From assembly GCA_034520625.1 (NCBI GenBank), contig JAXHNI010000008.1, forward strand, positions 623,574 to 687,573: a stretch of DNA of 64,000 bases. The letters run 5' to 3'. Positions 38,701 through 46,283 of the stretch are shown here, piece by piece. Origin of the DNA: Gammaproteobacteria bacterium. Its GTDB lineage: Bacteria; Pseudomonadota; Gammaproteobacteria; Arenicellales; JAANXG01. The translations under genes and the position numbers were made by a program. Within the stretch, counting starts at the first letter, position 1; each line of letters begins with the position of its first letter. The notes below the pieces were generated by a model, which worked only from the letters and a program-made list of their open reading frames with translations, was not told where the DNA came from and ran no database searches.

Positions 38701-39353
38701 GCTGGATGCTGCGCGGCATCGTGGAGCTCGGGCAGCGGTTCGGGAAGCTGGACAGCGTCGAGCGGGAAGAGCTCGAAGCCTGGTTCACTCCCGGGGTGAT
38801 GGAGGTCAGGGACGGGCGGGTCCTCTACACACGGCGGCTGGACGTGCTGCTCGCCGAGAAGCTGCACCTTGCCACCTGGGGCAGCGCCGATGTGAGCGGC
38901 GATCGCTCGGATCTCACCCTGGCATTCATGCCGGGCACCATGGAGCGGGTGTTCAGCATCACCGTCGCCGGCGACGATGCCCTGCATGTGCCGATAACGG
39001 GCCCGCTGTCCAGCCCCGGCATCGATTTCAGGAAGGCGGGCGCCGACTTGGCGCGGCTGCGGGCCCGGGAGGAAGTATCGGGGGAGAACCCGCTCGCGGG
39101 CGCCCTGCTGGGCGCAGTCACCGGCCGGGGCGGCGGCGGCGCGATCCCCCCCGCCTCGGTCACGCCCCTGCCCTGGGCCGAGCAGCTCGAGGCGCTGGAC
39201 GCCGCCGCCGAAGCGCAGCGGGAATCGGACGGGGTACAGGAACCGGCACAGCCTCGACAGGAAGCGGAGCAGCCAGCGGAAAAGAAACCCAGCACCGAGG
39301 AGCAGGTGATCAGGGGAATTATCGACATATTCGGCGGCAAGAAAGACGAATAG
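35796..39353 (+). CDS. large membrane-anchored protein, AsmA/TamB-like (function unknown)
   Basis: 1185 aa. It has a basic N-terminus, one TM segment (YPWILLGVLVVLLAMVAAAP), a long beta-rich repetitive body and an acidic tail. The AsmA-like assignment rests on architecture only. Confidence 0.5.
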   Translation: MNEKHQQSNTSGDRPPKPRKRRRYPWILLGVLVVLLAMVAAAPSLLSSPPLRNAVLNWYNQSIPGSMSVEELSLSWLGGQSARNVAINDSQGAGILKLDELTTDLSLLDALRRRLSLGRTVLTGLDIDLHIGEDGTDNLTAALGGGEPATGAAGGGPVVPLTGNMALVDGRIALAAPGIDPVALENLAGDISMADPDAPITIRFSGNSRQGELQGTINLEGQINNLFSDGRLTPETATASIDAGIEDLPVDALDRMLGYRGMLSAALGDRTSVHINVDGDAAHQDVSIDATSPNAQLRLSGAIAEGRFRLRKPASARLSVTPGLVDVVGGPGPGAPPARLAAPVPLQLEVESLDLPLDDFSAAGVALKASLSAGDVVRLSDIENVGELNINDLRLQIDSPELGDQVRLSLAGKPVSRDGAGDLTVDANIRHLLDDAGNFRLDGSTVEATSSIAGLPTSLVDSALQQNGLLVDALGDTFGLTLNADTDPEGRFKITGSVDTDRLRTGTMALHLDDGIVLARPAQLQFAASPQLWRRLLGEEAGYQLSQSTEWTVDIQTLRIPVPAGGSEPFQPGAVRLEASASSPSLSLVEPGTSGSIRLESPRVAIAAGSGLGEFEFTARTDVVQPDGMLESLDASPLRVGIEGRTGLNGDASMKAITSVLEASGKGVDISLSTVVEENLSRLTLTEPSPFTLTLTPAMVAAWQDDAAPAVALERNAAIRGTLDRLTLPLSPFEFTGLDASGKAGLGGAGPDAVGLVSPGGAVTRLDDTRVAFDFTGGDGGRSQFELTAGVRSDSGESGNAAVEASATNLMNADGQLSGTTMSLDLSGTLEQLPVALLDQVLAMEETASATLGPTTDIELSARLDAMRGPVSLSLTAPNASADIKARLGDQGLTLSEPLVAQVAPTPEFGSQVLAKVHPIFETTQRAERPIRLEIPAEGVLIPVENYDFSRITVPVMTLDFGKIILKSGWMLRGIVELGQRFGKLDSVEREELEAWFTPGVMEVRDGRVLYTRRLDVLLAEKLHLATWGSADVSGDRSDLTLAFMPGTMERVFSITVAGDDALHVPITGPLSSPGIDFRKAGADLARLRAREEVSGENPLAGALLGAVTGRGGGGAIPPASVTPLPWAEQLEALDAAAEAQRESDGVQEPAQPRQEAEQPAEKKPSTEEQVIRGIIDIFGGKKDE

Positions 39354-39493
39354 CCACAGGCCGGGGCCCTGCTCCGCCGCTTTGCGGCTGAAGAGTGCGA
39401 TCATGTGCGGCTACATCGAGGTTGCCCGCCGGGGGAATGTCCGATTAAATCCGGGTAAATCAACGACGCGCGACCGGACCGGAAACGCCAATC

Positions 39494-40030
39494 ATGCAAC
39501 GCGAGATCGTTCTGTCGGTGATCGCCGACGACCACCCGGGAATCGTACAGTCGCTGGCGGAGACCATCGCCGGCCACGGCGGCAACTGGCTCGACAGCAG
39601 CATGTCGCACCTGAGCGGCAAGTTCGCCGGTATCGTGCTGCTGGAGGTATCCGGGGAACGGGAACGGGAGCTGGAGGACGCGCTTCGATCCCTGGACCGG
39701 AGCGGCCTGCACGTCGCCTTCGAGCGGACGGCCTCTTCCGGCACGCAACCCTTTCACTACGTGATGGTCAGCATCGTCGCGAACGACCGGCCCGGAATCG
39801 TCGGGGAGATTTCCGACCTCCTCGCCAGGCACGATATCAACATCGAGTCTCTCACCACATCCGTGGCGGACACCCCCATGTCCAGCGGCCATCTGTTCAA
39901 GGCGCGGTTTCAGGCCAACCTGCCGGAAAACATGAGCTATGACGACCTGCAGCGGGTGCTCGAATCGGCGTCGGATGATCTCATGGTGGAGCTGGATGGA
40001 CACCCGTGGTCCGAGCAGCCGCCGTACTGA
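39494..40030 (+). CDS. tandem-ACT-domain protein, glycine cleavage system regulator GcvR-like
   Basis: 178 aa with two ACT-type modules (VLSVIADDHPGIVQSLAETIAGHGGN and MVSIVANDRPGIVGEISDLLARHDINI), matching GcvR architecture. Confidence 0.65.
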   Translation: MQREIVLSVIADDHPGIVQSLAETIAGHGGNWLDSSMSHLSGKFAGIVLLEVSGERERELEDALRSLDRSGLHVAFERTASSGTQPFHYVMVSIVANDRPGIVGEISDLLARHDINIESLTTSVADTPMSSGHLFKARFQANLPENMSYDDLQRVLESASDDLMVELDGHPWSEQPPY

Positions 40031-40045
40031 AGGTTCCCGGCGGCG

Positions 40046-40660
40046 TCAGGTACCCGTTCGCCCCAGCGGCAGCAGAACCAGCGGCTCGACGTCTAGGCCG
40101 AGACATCCCCTGACGGCGTCATCGTCGAACCCGCCGACGAACACACTGCCCAGCTGCAGCTCGGCGGCCTGGATCGCGATACTCTGCGCCGCGGCGCCGG
40201 CTTCCATGTAGATGTAGCGACGGCCGCGCCTGCCATCCGGTGGCTGATCGGCGAACTCCTGCTCAGTTCGCGCCACGTCGCCGGCGATGATGATCAGCGC
40301 CGCACAGAATCTCACCCAGGGTTGGTCCTCCAGTGCGGCGCGGTAAAGGGGCGGCCGCAGGTCGCCGTGGCCGACCGCTTCCAGGGCGTTGGTCCGCGGC
40401 TCGTACATGTAGAGTCCCTGTTCCATGCCGGAAACCTCGCCAGCCGCCAGGTACAGCGTCAGCGGGCTCAGGGCATGGGGCGAAGGTACGGTATGCTTGC
40501 CGGAGCTGTGGCTGATGCCCTGGCCGGCCCAGAACAACCGGGCCAGCTCCTCGAGAGTCAGGGCGCCGTCGACGTACTCGCGCACCGAACGGCGATTCAT
40601 CAATAACGCGGCGAAGCCCTCCGACGCGCCGGGCGCGGGCAACTGGATGCGGGAAGTCAA
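40046..40660 (-). CDS. SagB/ThcOx-type nitroreductase-family dehydrogenase
   Basis: This is the C-terminal part of track ORF 40046..41041. IQLPAPGASEGFAALLMNRRSVREY fits the SagB-type opening (LPxP...RRSVRxF). It also has LARLFWAGQGIS and GGFDDDAVRGCLGL. I place the start at TTG 40660, preceded by AAGG; an ATG at 40600 would cut off the LPAP block. Confidence 0.7.
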   Translation of the reverse strand: MTSRIQLPAPGASEGFAALLMNRRSVREYVDGALTLEELARLFWAGQGISHSSGKHTVPSPHALSPLTLYLAAGEVSGMEQGLYMYEPRTNALEAVGHGDLRPPLYRAALEDQPWVRFCAALIIIAGDVARTEQEFADQPPDGRRGRRYIYMEAGAAAQSIAIQAAELQLGSVFVGGFDDDAVRGCLGLDVEPLVLLPLGRTGT

Positions 40661-40689
40661 TGCTTTACCTTGAACTGAAAGCGGGTTCG

Positions 40690-40699
40690 TATTCGAATA
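40690..40699. promoter_or_regulatory. 10-bp perfect palindrome TATTCGAATA in the 70-bp divergent intergenic region
   Basis: Seen directly. It is centred between the SagB-like start (40660) and the nucleotidyltransferase start (40731), in the most AT-rich stretch of this locus. Operator function is only a guess. Confidence 0.25.
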
Positions 40700-40730
40700 T
40701 ACAGAATCAACGGAAAACACTACAACTCGT

Positions 40731-41822
40731 ATGACCACCGATAATCCGGCCGATGAACTGATACGCGCCAGCGCCTGTGTGGAGATTGACGACCGGTGTG
40801 CCGAGGCCATCCGACAAGCCTGCCGCCGGCAGCGCGACTGGAGCCGGACTATTCGCGAAGCCGAGCTGCACGGCATGGCGCCCTGGCTCCACAAGCGTAT
40901 CGGGGACGCCGACGCCGGGATACCGGAGGATATCGGCAGAAAGCTTTCCGCGCTGGCATTCCGCCATGCGGATGCAATCCGGATCAGAACCCGGGCGCTG
41001 CTTGAGATTACAGAACAGCTCCGCCTGCAGGGCATCGACATGCTGGTCCTGAAAGGCGCGGCGCTCGCCCATATCGTCTACGAACGGCCGGGGCTACGGC
41101 CCATGAGTGACATAGACGTGCTGGTGAGTCCCGACCAGCTCCACCGGGCGTCGACCATCGTGTCGGAGCTCGGCTACCAGACCGCCAGCGGTCCGCGCCC
41201 ACCCGACGACCACCATCACCTGCCGACGGTCTCACGGACCATCGACCGGCTGCTGGTCAGCATAGAGATTCACCACGACGCCCTGGCGCCGGACAACATC
41301 GGGTCGATCCGCGGGGACGCACTGACCGAGCCGGCGCGCGCATTCATCGTAAACGATGCAACGCTCCATACGCTCGGGCATATCGACATGCTGCGCCACC
41401 TGTGCCGCCACGCCCTGGAGCCTCGTGAATCGATGAAGATCGGATCGGCCCTGGACATCATGCTTTACGCCTCGCACTACGCCGGGGACATCGACTGGCC
41501 CCGGCTGAAGGGGGAATTTCCCGAGGTGATCAACATGCTGCAGCTTCTGGGCCACCTGGTGCCCCGCCCCGCGGGACTGGAGCCGTACGTTCCCGCAACG
41601 GCCCCCGCCGCACCCGGGGGCGTCGGCGTGGGGATGATCCCCCTTTCCAGGCTGCGGCACCGCAAGGACCGGACCGCGAAGCTGTTCAACCCCTCGGACT
41701 GGTGGCTGCGCGGCTTCTACAATGTCCCGCCGGGGCGCTCCCTGGCCTATACCAAGGCGGTGCGCCACCCCGCGCGGATACTGTTCTGGCTCTGGCGGCG
41801 CATGGGAAAAGCAGGCCATTGA
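40731..41822 (+). CDS. nucleotidyltransferase family protein (NTP_transf_5-like, 'uncharacterised nucleotidyltransferase')
   Basis: 363 aa. IDMLVLKGAALAHIVYERPGLRPMSDIDVLVSPDQLHRASTIVSELGY is the typical core of this family, as seen in lasso-peptide and RiPP neighbourhoods. Confidence 0.75.
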   Translation: MTTDNPADELIRASACVEIDDRCAEAIRQACRRQRDWSRTIREAELHGMAPWLHKRIGDADAGIPEDIGRKLSALAFRHADAIRIRTRALLEITEQLRLQGIDMLVLKGAALAHIVYERPGLRPMSDIDVLVSPDQLHRASTIVSELGYQTASGPRPPDDHHHLPTVSRTIDRLLVSIEIHHDALAPDNIGSIRGDALTEPARAFIVNDATLHTLGHIDMLRHLCRHALEPRESMKIGSALDIMLYASHYAGDIDWPRLKGEFPEVINMLQLLGHLVPRPAGLEPYVPATAPAAPGGVGVGMIPLSRLRHRKDRTAKLFNPSDWWLRGFYNVPPGRSLAYTKAVRHPARILFWLWRRMGKAGH

Positions 41823-41883
41823 GCTTCTGTTTACAGGGATCCTGAGGTATATTTCCCACACGTTCAAAAAACAACGGCAGGCC

Positions 41884-42162
41884 ATGAACTCCGAAGCAAT
41901 CCCACACGCCAACACCGAATTCAGTCTTGAGGAAATCGACGACGAGCTGCTGCTATACCACCCGGCCAAGACCAAGGCGGTGTATCTGAACGAAACCGCT
42001 GCCCTGGTATGGCAATTGTGCGACAGCAAGCGCTCGGTCGCCGAAATCGTCTCGCTTCTCCAGGAGAACTATCCCGAATCCGAAACCATCCAGTCGGATG
42101 TTGAACAAACTCTGCAGCAGCTCGCGGACAACGGTGCCGTCGACCTGGAAAGCGGTCAATGA
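41884..42162 (+). CDS. PqqD-family (RiPP recognition element-like) protein
   Basis: 92 aa starting from the ATG at 41884. DDELLLYHPAKTKAVYLNETAALVWQLCDSKRSVAEIVSLLQENYPE is a typical PqqD/RRE sequence. Its stop overlaps the next gene (ATGA). Confidence 0.8.
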   Translation: MNSEAIPHANTEFSLEEIDDELLLYHPAKTKAVYLNETAALVWQLCDSKRSVAEIVSLLQENYPESETIQSDVEQTLQQLADNGAVDLESGQ

Positions 42163-43010
42163 GAACCCACTACGTCTCATTCGCCGACAACTCCGTTGCC
42201 ATAAAGTACGACGAAAAGACCCACCAGTCGCTGCTGGACTATCTTTTCGGCGACCTGGAAAGCACGGAGACCACCCGACCGCTGAGCCGTATGCGGATTC
42301 TTCCGGCGGACGAAGCACACAAGACCCGCCTGGAACAGGACGGCAGCAAGCTGTACTCGGGAGACTGCCGCACCACCCTGGCGAGAACCCTGGTGGAAAA
42401 GACGCTGTACGCCCTGGTGGACAAGGACGACAGCGGACTGGCGTTCCACGCTGCGGCCGTATGCTCGGGCAATACCGGCGTGATGATCCCCGGCCACAGC
42501 GGAGCCGGCAAGAGCACCCTGGCGGTGTGGCTGGCAACCCGTGGCTTCAACTACCTTACCGACGAGCTGGTGCACATACCGCTCGGCACGAGCCGGATCG
42601 AGGCGTTTACACGGCCGATCAACCTGAAGCAGAACGGCTGCCGCATGCTCGAGGAGGAATTCGACATCCGCGATGCGGAAGACCGGATTCTGACCAACAA
42701 GCGGCTCTCGATAGTACCCCACCGGCTGCTGAACCCCCGACACCAGAAGCTGACGCCGGAGATTTCCTTCATCCTGTTTCCCAGGCTGATATCCGAAGGC
42801 GAGCATCGGCTCGAACCCCTGTCGAAAGCCCAGGCGGGGTTGAAGCTGGTGGAATGCCTGGTCAACGGCCGGAACATTCCGAATCACGGCTTCGACCAGG
42901 TCAGCCGGATCGTGCGCGACGTGCCCGCCTACGTACTTCACTACACGGGTTTCCGCACACTGCCCGGTCTGCTCCGTGAAATTCTTCCGCAGGTTTCCTC
43001 CCAGGCCTGA
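42159..43010 (+). CDS. HPr kinase/phosphorylase-related protein ('HprK-related kinase A' type)
   Basis: 283 aa. LAFHAAAVCSGNTGVMIPGHSGAGKSTLAVWL contains a P-loop in the HprK C-terminal-domain context. It is translationally coupled to the PqqD gene. Confidence 0.8.
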   Translation: MRTHYVSFADNSVAIKYDEKTHQSLLDYLFGDLESTETTRPLSRMRILPADEAHKTRLEQDGSKLYSGDCRTTLARTLVEKTLYALVDKDDSGLAFHAAAVCSGNTGVMIPGHSGAGKSTLAVWLATRGFNYLTDELVHIPLGTSRIEAFTRPINLKQNGCRMLEEEFDIRDAEDRILTNKRLSIVPHRLLNPRHQKLTPEISFILFPRLISEGEHRLEPLSKAQAGLKLVECLVNGRNIPNHGFDQVSRIVRDVPAYVLHYTGFRTLPGLLREILPQVSSQA

Positions 43011-43021
43011 CCGTTCGACCA

Positions 43022-44858
43022 TTGCCCGGCCACCGGCAATCGACAACCCGGGGTTTCCTGCTTACCCGCACCGGCGATGCCGGGCGGGTGCTGCTGCACT
43101 GCGAATCGGACATACCGGCGGCGACCGCCGGCGTAGAGACCGTGTCCTGCAAAAGCGAACGCGATCTGCTATCGCGATTCATCGAGAACGTTCAGGAACT
43201 GGACCCGGACGTCCTGATCGGCTGGAACGTCATCGACTTCGACCTGGCCGTGCTCCAGGAGCGTTGCCGCGAGCTTGGCATGACGCTCGACCTGGGCCGT
43301 GGACGCGGCACGGCACGAATCATCCGCCGGGGCGAATCCAATGCGGGCGCCGTCGCCCGGATTCCCGGCCGCGTGGTGCTGGACGGGATCGAGTGCCTGC
43401 GCGCGGCATTCTGGGTTTTCGAGAGCTATTCGCTGGAATCCGTTGCCCAGGAGCTCCTCGGGCGGGGCAAGGCCATCGCCGCCTCCGATGACAAGGCCGC
43501 CGAGATCACCCGGCTGTTCAACGAGGACCCGGCGGCGCTGGCCTGCTACAACATGGAGGACTGCCGCCTGGTGCTGGATGTTTTCGCAGCCGCCAACCTC
43601 CTGGATTTCGTAGTGGAGCGTACACGACTGACCGGTCTGGCCATGGGCAGGCAGGGCGGATCCGTGGCGGCGTTCGACTACCTCTACCTCCCCCGCCTGC
43701 ATCGCCGCGGCCGGGTGGCGCCGAGCCTCACCGCAAAAGCCTACCCGGACAGCAGCCCGGGGGGCTACGTCCTGGACTCCGTTCCGGGCATCCACGAGAA
43801 CGTCGCCCTGATGGACTTCAAGAGCCTGTACCCCAGCATCATCAGGACGTTCCGGATCGATCCGCTGGGCCTCGCCCGGCCGGGCGAAGACCCTGTTCCC
43901 GGTTTCCTGGGGGCCGCATTCTCGCGCACGGACAGCATCCTGCCGTCCATCATCGAGGAGCTATGGCAGCGCCGCGACAAGGCGAAACAGGAAGGCAATC
44001 AACCCCTCGCCCAGGCCGTCAAGATCCTGATGAATTCTTTTTACGGCGTGCTCGGCACGGACGGCTGCCGCTTCTACGACCCGAAACTGGGCAGCAGCAT
44101 CACCCGCCGCGGACAGGAGATCATACAAACCTCGCGACAATGGATCGAGGAACAGGGATTCAGGGTCATCTACGGCGACACCGATTCTCTCTTCGTCCTG
44201 CTGCACGACGACGGCGTCTCCGCCGCGGACCGGGCTCACGAGCTGGTGGCGGGATTGAACGAACGATGGTCCGAAACGATACGGCGGCAATACCGCCTGC
44301 CCAGCTACCTGGAGGTGGAACTGGAGACGGTGTTTACGAAGTTCTTCATGCCTCGGATCCGCGGCCGGGAGGCCGGCAGCAAAAAACGGTACGCCGGCCT
44401 GGCCGGAAACGACGGCCAGGCTCTGGTCATCAAGGGTCTGGAGGCGGTACGCTCGGACTGGACCGACTTGGCGAGGCACTTTCAGCGGGAGCTGCTGCAG
44501 GCGGTCTTCCGGGAACAGGACGTGGAGCCCTTGATCCGCCGGTACGTCGATCTCGTACGGTCCGCCGACGGTCGCTCGCGGCTGGTTTACCGCAAGCGCC
44601 TCAGGCGACCTGTCGATGCCTACCGCAAGAACATTCCGCCCCATGTCAGGGCCGCACGCCAGCTGGACAGTCCCGGCACCGAGGTCCGGGTACTGTATGA
44701 CCACGGCGGGGCCGCAGCCGGTGGAAAAACTTTCGGCTCCCCTGGACTTCGACCACTATGTCGATCGCCAGATCAAGCCCGTCGCCGACTCCGTCCTCCC
44801 CTTCATCGGACTGGATTTCGACGCCATTATCGGCGGCCAGAGGGATTTTTTTCAATGA
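43022..44858 (+). pseudogene. polB: DNA polymerase II (family B), decayed: in-frame N-terminal deletion plus a 1-nt frameshift
   Basis: Pol II-like blocks are present: Exo II (DVLIGWNVIDFDL), Exo III (ACYNMEDCRLV), motif A (DFKSLYPSI), motif B (KILMNSFYGVLG) and motif C (YGDTDS). The N-terminus jumps from GFLLTR (E. coli residues about 5-10) to the region just before Exo II. The C-terminus continues in another frame (track ORF 44616..44858: YCMTTAGPQP...PFIGLDFDAIIGGQRDFFQ) after an extra G in the GGG run at 44688-44690. Confidence 0.75.
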
Positions 44859-44907
44859 AGTACCCTGAGCTCATTACCATGAGCACCACCACGGCGAGCC
44901 CCGCTCA

Positions 44908-45981
44908 GTGATGCGCATCGTTCTTTTGATCCCCGTCGCCGGATTGCTGCTGCTCGCGGCGGTCTATCTGCTCACGCCGCGGGCCATACTCGACATGGAA
45001 CCGCCGGAGCGGGGATACACCGACGTCCATGCCCATATCGGGGGCATCGGCGCCGGAGGCAGCGGCGTATACGTTCATCCGGATCTCGCCGACAGCTTCA
45101 AGTTTGGTTTCTATCTTCGCTGGCTGGGCGTGAGCCGGGAGGAGCTCGACCGTCACGGCGACGCGCGGGTCGCCGAACGGTTGAACCGGGCGATCGTGGA
45201 ATCCAGGTACGTCGCACGCGCCGTCATCCCGGCGCTGGACGGCGTCGTACGCGAAGACGCCATCGACCGCGCCGCGACCCAGTTGTACATTCCGAATGAG
45301 TTCACCGCCCGGATGGCCGAACGCTACGGCAACCTGGAGTTCGGTGCCAGCGTCCACCCCGACCGCTCGGACTGGCGGCAGCGTCTGTTGGACGCCCAAC
45401 GCAGGGGGGCGGTGCTGGTAAGGTGGTTCCCTGCGGTGATGGACATCGACCCGTCCGACAGGCGCCATATTGACTATTATCGAACACTGGTTGAACTGGA
45501 TCTTCCCCTGCTGGTTCATGTCGGCCGGCAGAAGCTCTTCAGCGAAATCCGGAGCGCACTCGGCGATCCGGAAAAGCTCACTCTGCCCCTGGAGCGGGGC
45601 GTCACAGTCATCGCCACCCATCTTGGCACCACGGGCAGCTACGAAGGCGAAGCCAGCCACGAAAGGCTGCTGGGCATGCTTGCTGACCATCCGCGCCTGT
45701 ACACGGACATCGCCGGCCTGACGCAGCTCAACAGAGTCGGGTACCTCGTCAATGCCCTGGAGCGGCCCGTCGTCGCAGACCGGATGCTGTACGGATCGGG
45801 CTGGCCCCTCCAGTTCTTTCCGCTGGTGTCACCGTTGTATCACTGGCCCGACGTCGACCTGGGCACCGTCAAGACCATCCAGTTGATGGAAAACAGGCTG
45901 GACCGGGATATCGCACTGAAAAAAGCCCTCGGTGTACAGCACGGGGTATTCGAGCGTTCCGGCCGGCTGCTGACGCGCTGA
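44908..45981 (+). CDS. amidohydrolase-family metal-dependent hydrolase (membrane-anchored or secreted)
   Basis: 357 aa with an N-terminal hydrophobic segment, the DVHAHIGG HxH metal motif and a TIM-barrel amidohydrolase_2-like layout (LLVHVG, ATHLG, MLYGSGWP). Confidence 0.65.
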   Translation: MMRIVLLIPVAGLLLLAAVYLLTPRAILDMEPPERGYTDVHAHIGGIGAGGSGVYVHPDLADSFKFGFYLRWLGVSREELDRHGDARVAERLNRAIVESRYVARAVIPALDGVVREDAIDRAATQLYIPNEFTARMAERYGNLEFGASVHPDRSDWRQRLLDAQRRGAVLVRWFPAVMDIDPSDRRHIDYYRTLVELDLPLLVHVGRQKLFSEIRSALGDPEKLTLPLERGVTVIATHLGTTGSYEGEASHERLLGMLADHPRLYTDIAGLTQLNRVGYLVNALERPVVADRMLYGSGWPLQFFPLVSPLYHWPDVDLGTVKTIQLMENRLDRDIALKKALGVQHGVFERSGRLLTR

Positions 45982-46143
45982 TCCCTCCGTTCCCCCGGAA
46001 CCGGCGGTCTATTGACACCGGTAACGGCGCGCATATCTAATAGTTGATCCGATATACGACCGATGTCCGCGCGGACCCCTGATTTACCCAGCGACAAATA
46101 TTGACCTATTCAGCCGGCACTGTGCGGCGGACAAACGAAGCCC

Positions 46144-46212
46144 GTAGGAGGTCGGCCCCTGCCGATGGGCCATTGCCCGAAGCCTCAATCGGCGAGGGGG
46201 CTCGCCTCCTGC
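46144..46212. repeat. REP type-1 pair (convergent orientation)
   Basis: GTAGGAGGTCGGCCCCTGCCGAT at 46144-46166 and AATCGGCGAGGGGGCTCGCCTCCTGC at 46187-46212. Confidence 0.8.
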
Positions 46213-46283
46213 TCTTTTGGCGACCCGCGCGCATGCGTTTCCCCTTCTCCGTCTGAATCAACGGCCACCAGTATTTCCGACCT

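Noticed and set aside
40661-41883. A search for a precursor-peptide ORF for the PqqD/kinase cassette in the gaps 40661-40730 and 41823-41883, and among short track ORFs overlapping the nucleotidyltransferase gene.
   Set aside because: The gaps are too short and lack any start/RBS combination. The overlapping track ORFs (for example 41686..41907(-) and 41477..41689(-)) are Arg/Pro-rich antisense artefacts.
44681-44700. Programmed ribosomal frameshifting as an explanation for the polB frame switch.
   Set aside because: There is no slippery heptamer or downstream stimulatory structure, and Pol II genes are not known to use recoding. An extra G in a GGG run is more simply a mutation or a sequencing error. 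The gene also carries an independent large deletion.
46012-46039. A sigma70-like promoter: TTGACA, a 16-nt spacer, then TATCTA on the plus strand, in the 300-bp gap before the MBL hydrolase gene.
   Set aside because: The -35 is perfect, but the -10 matches only 4 of 6 positions. The site lies about 245 nt upstream of the gene with REP elements in between. It is a plausible promoter or sRNA start, but a single hexamer match is not sufficient evidence.
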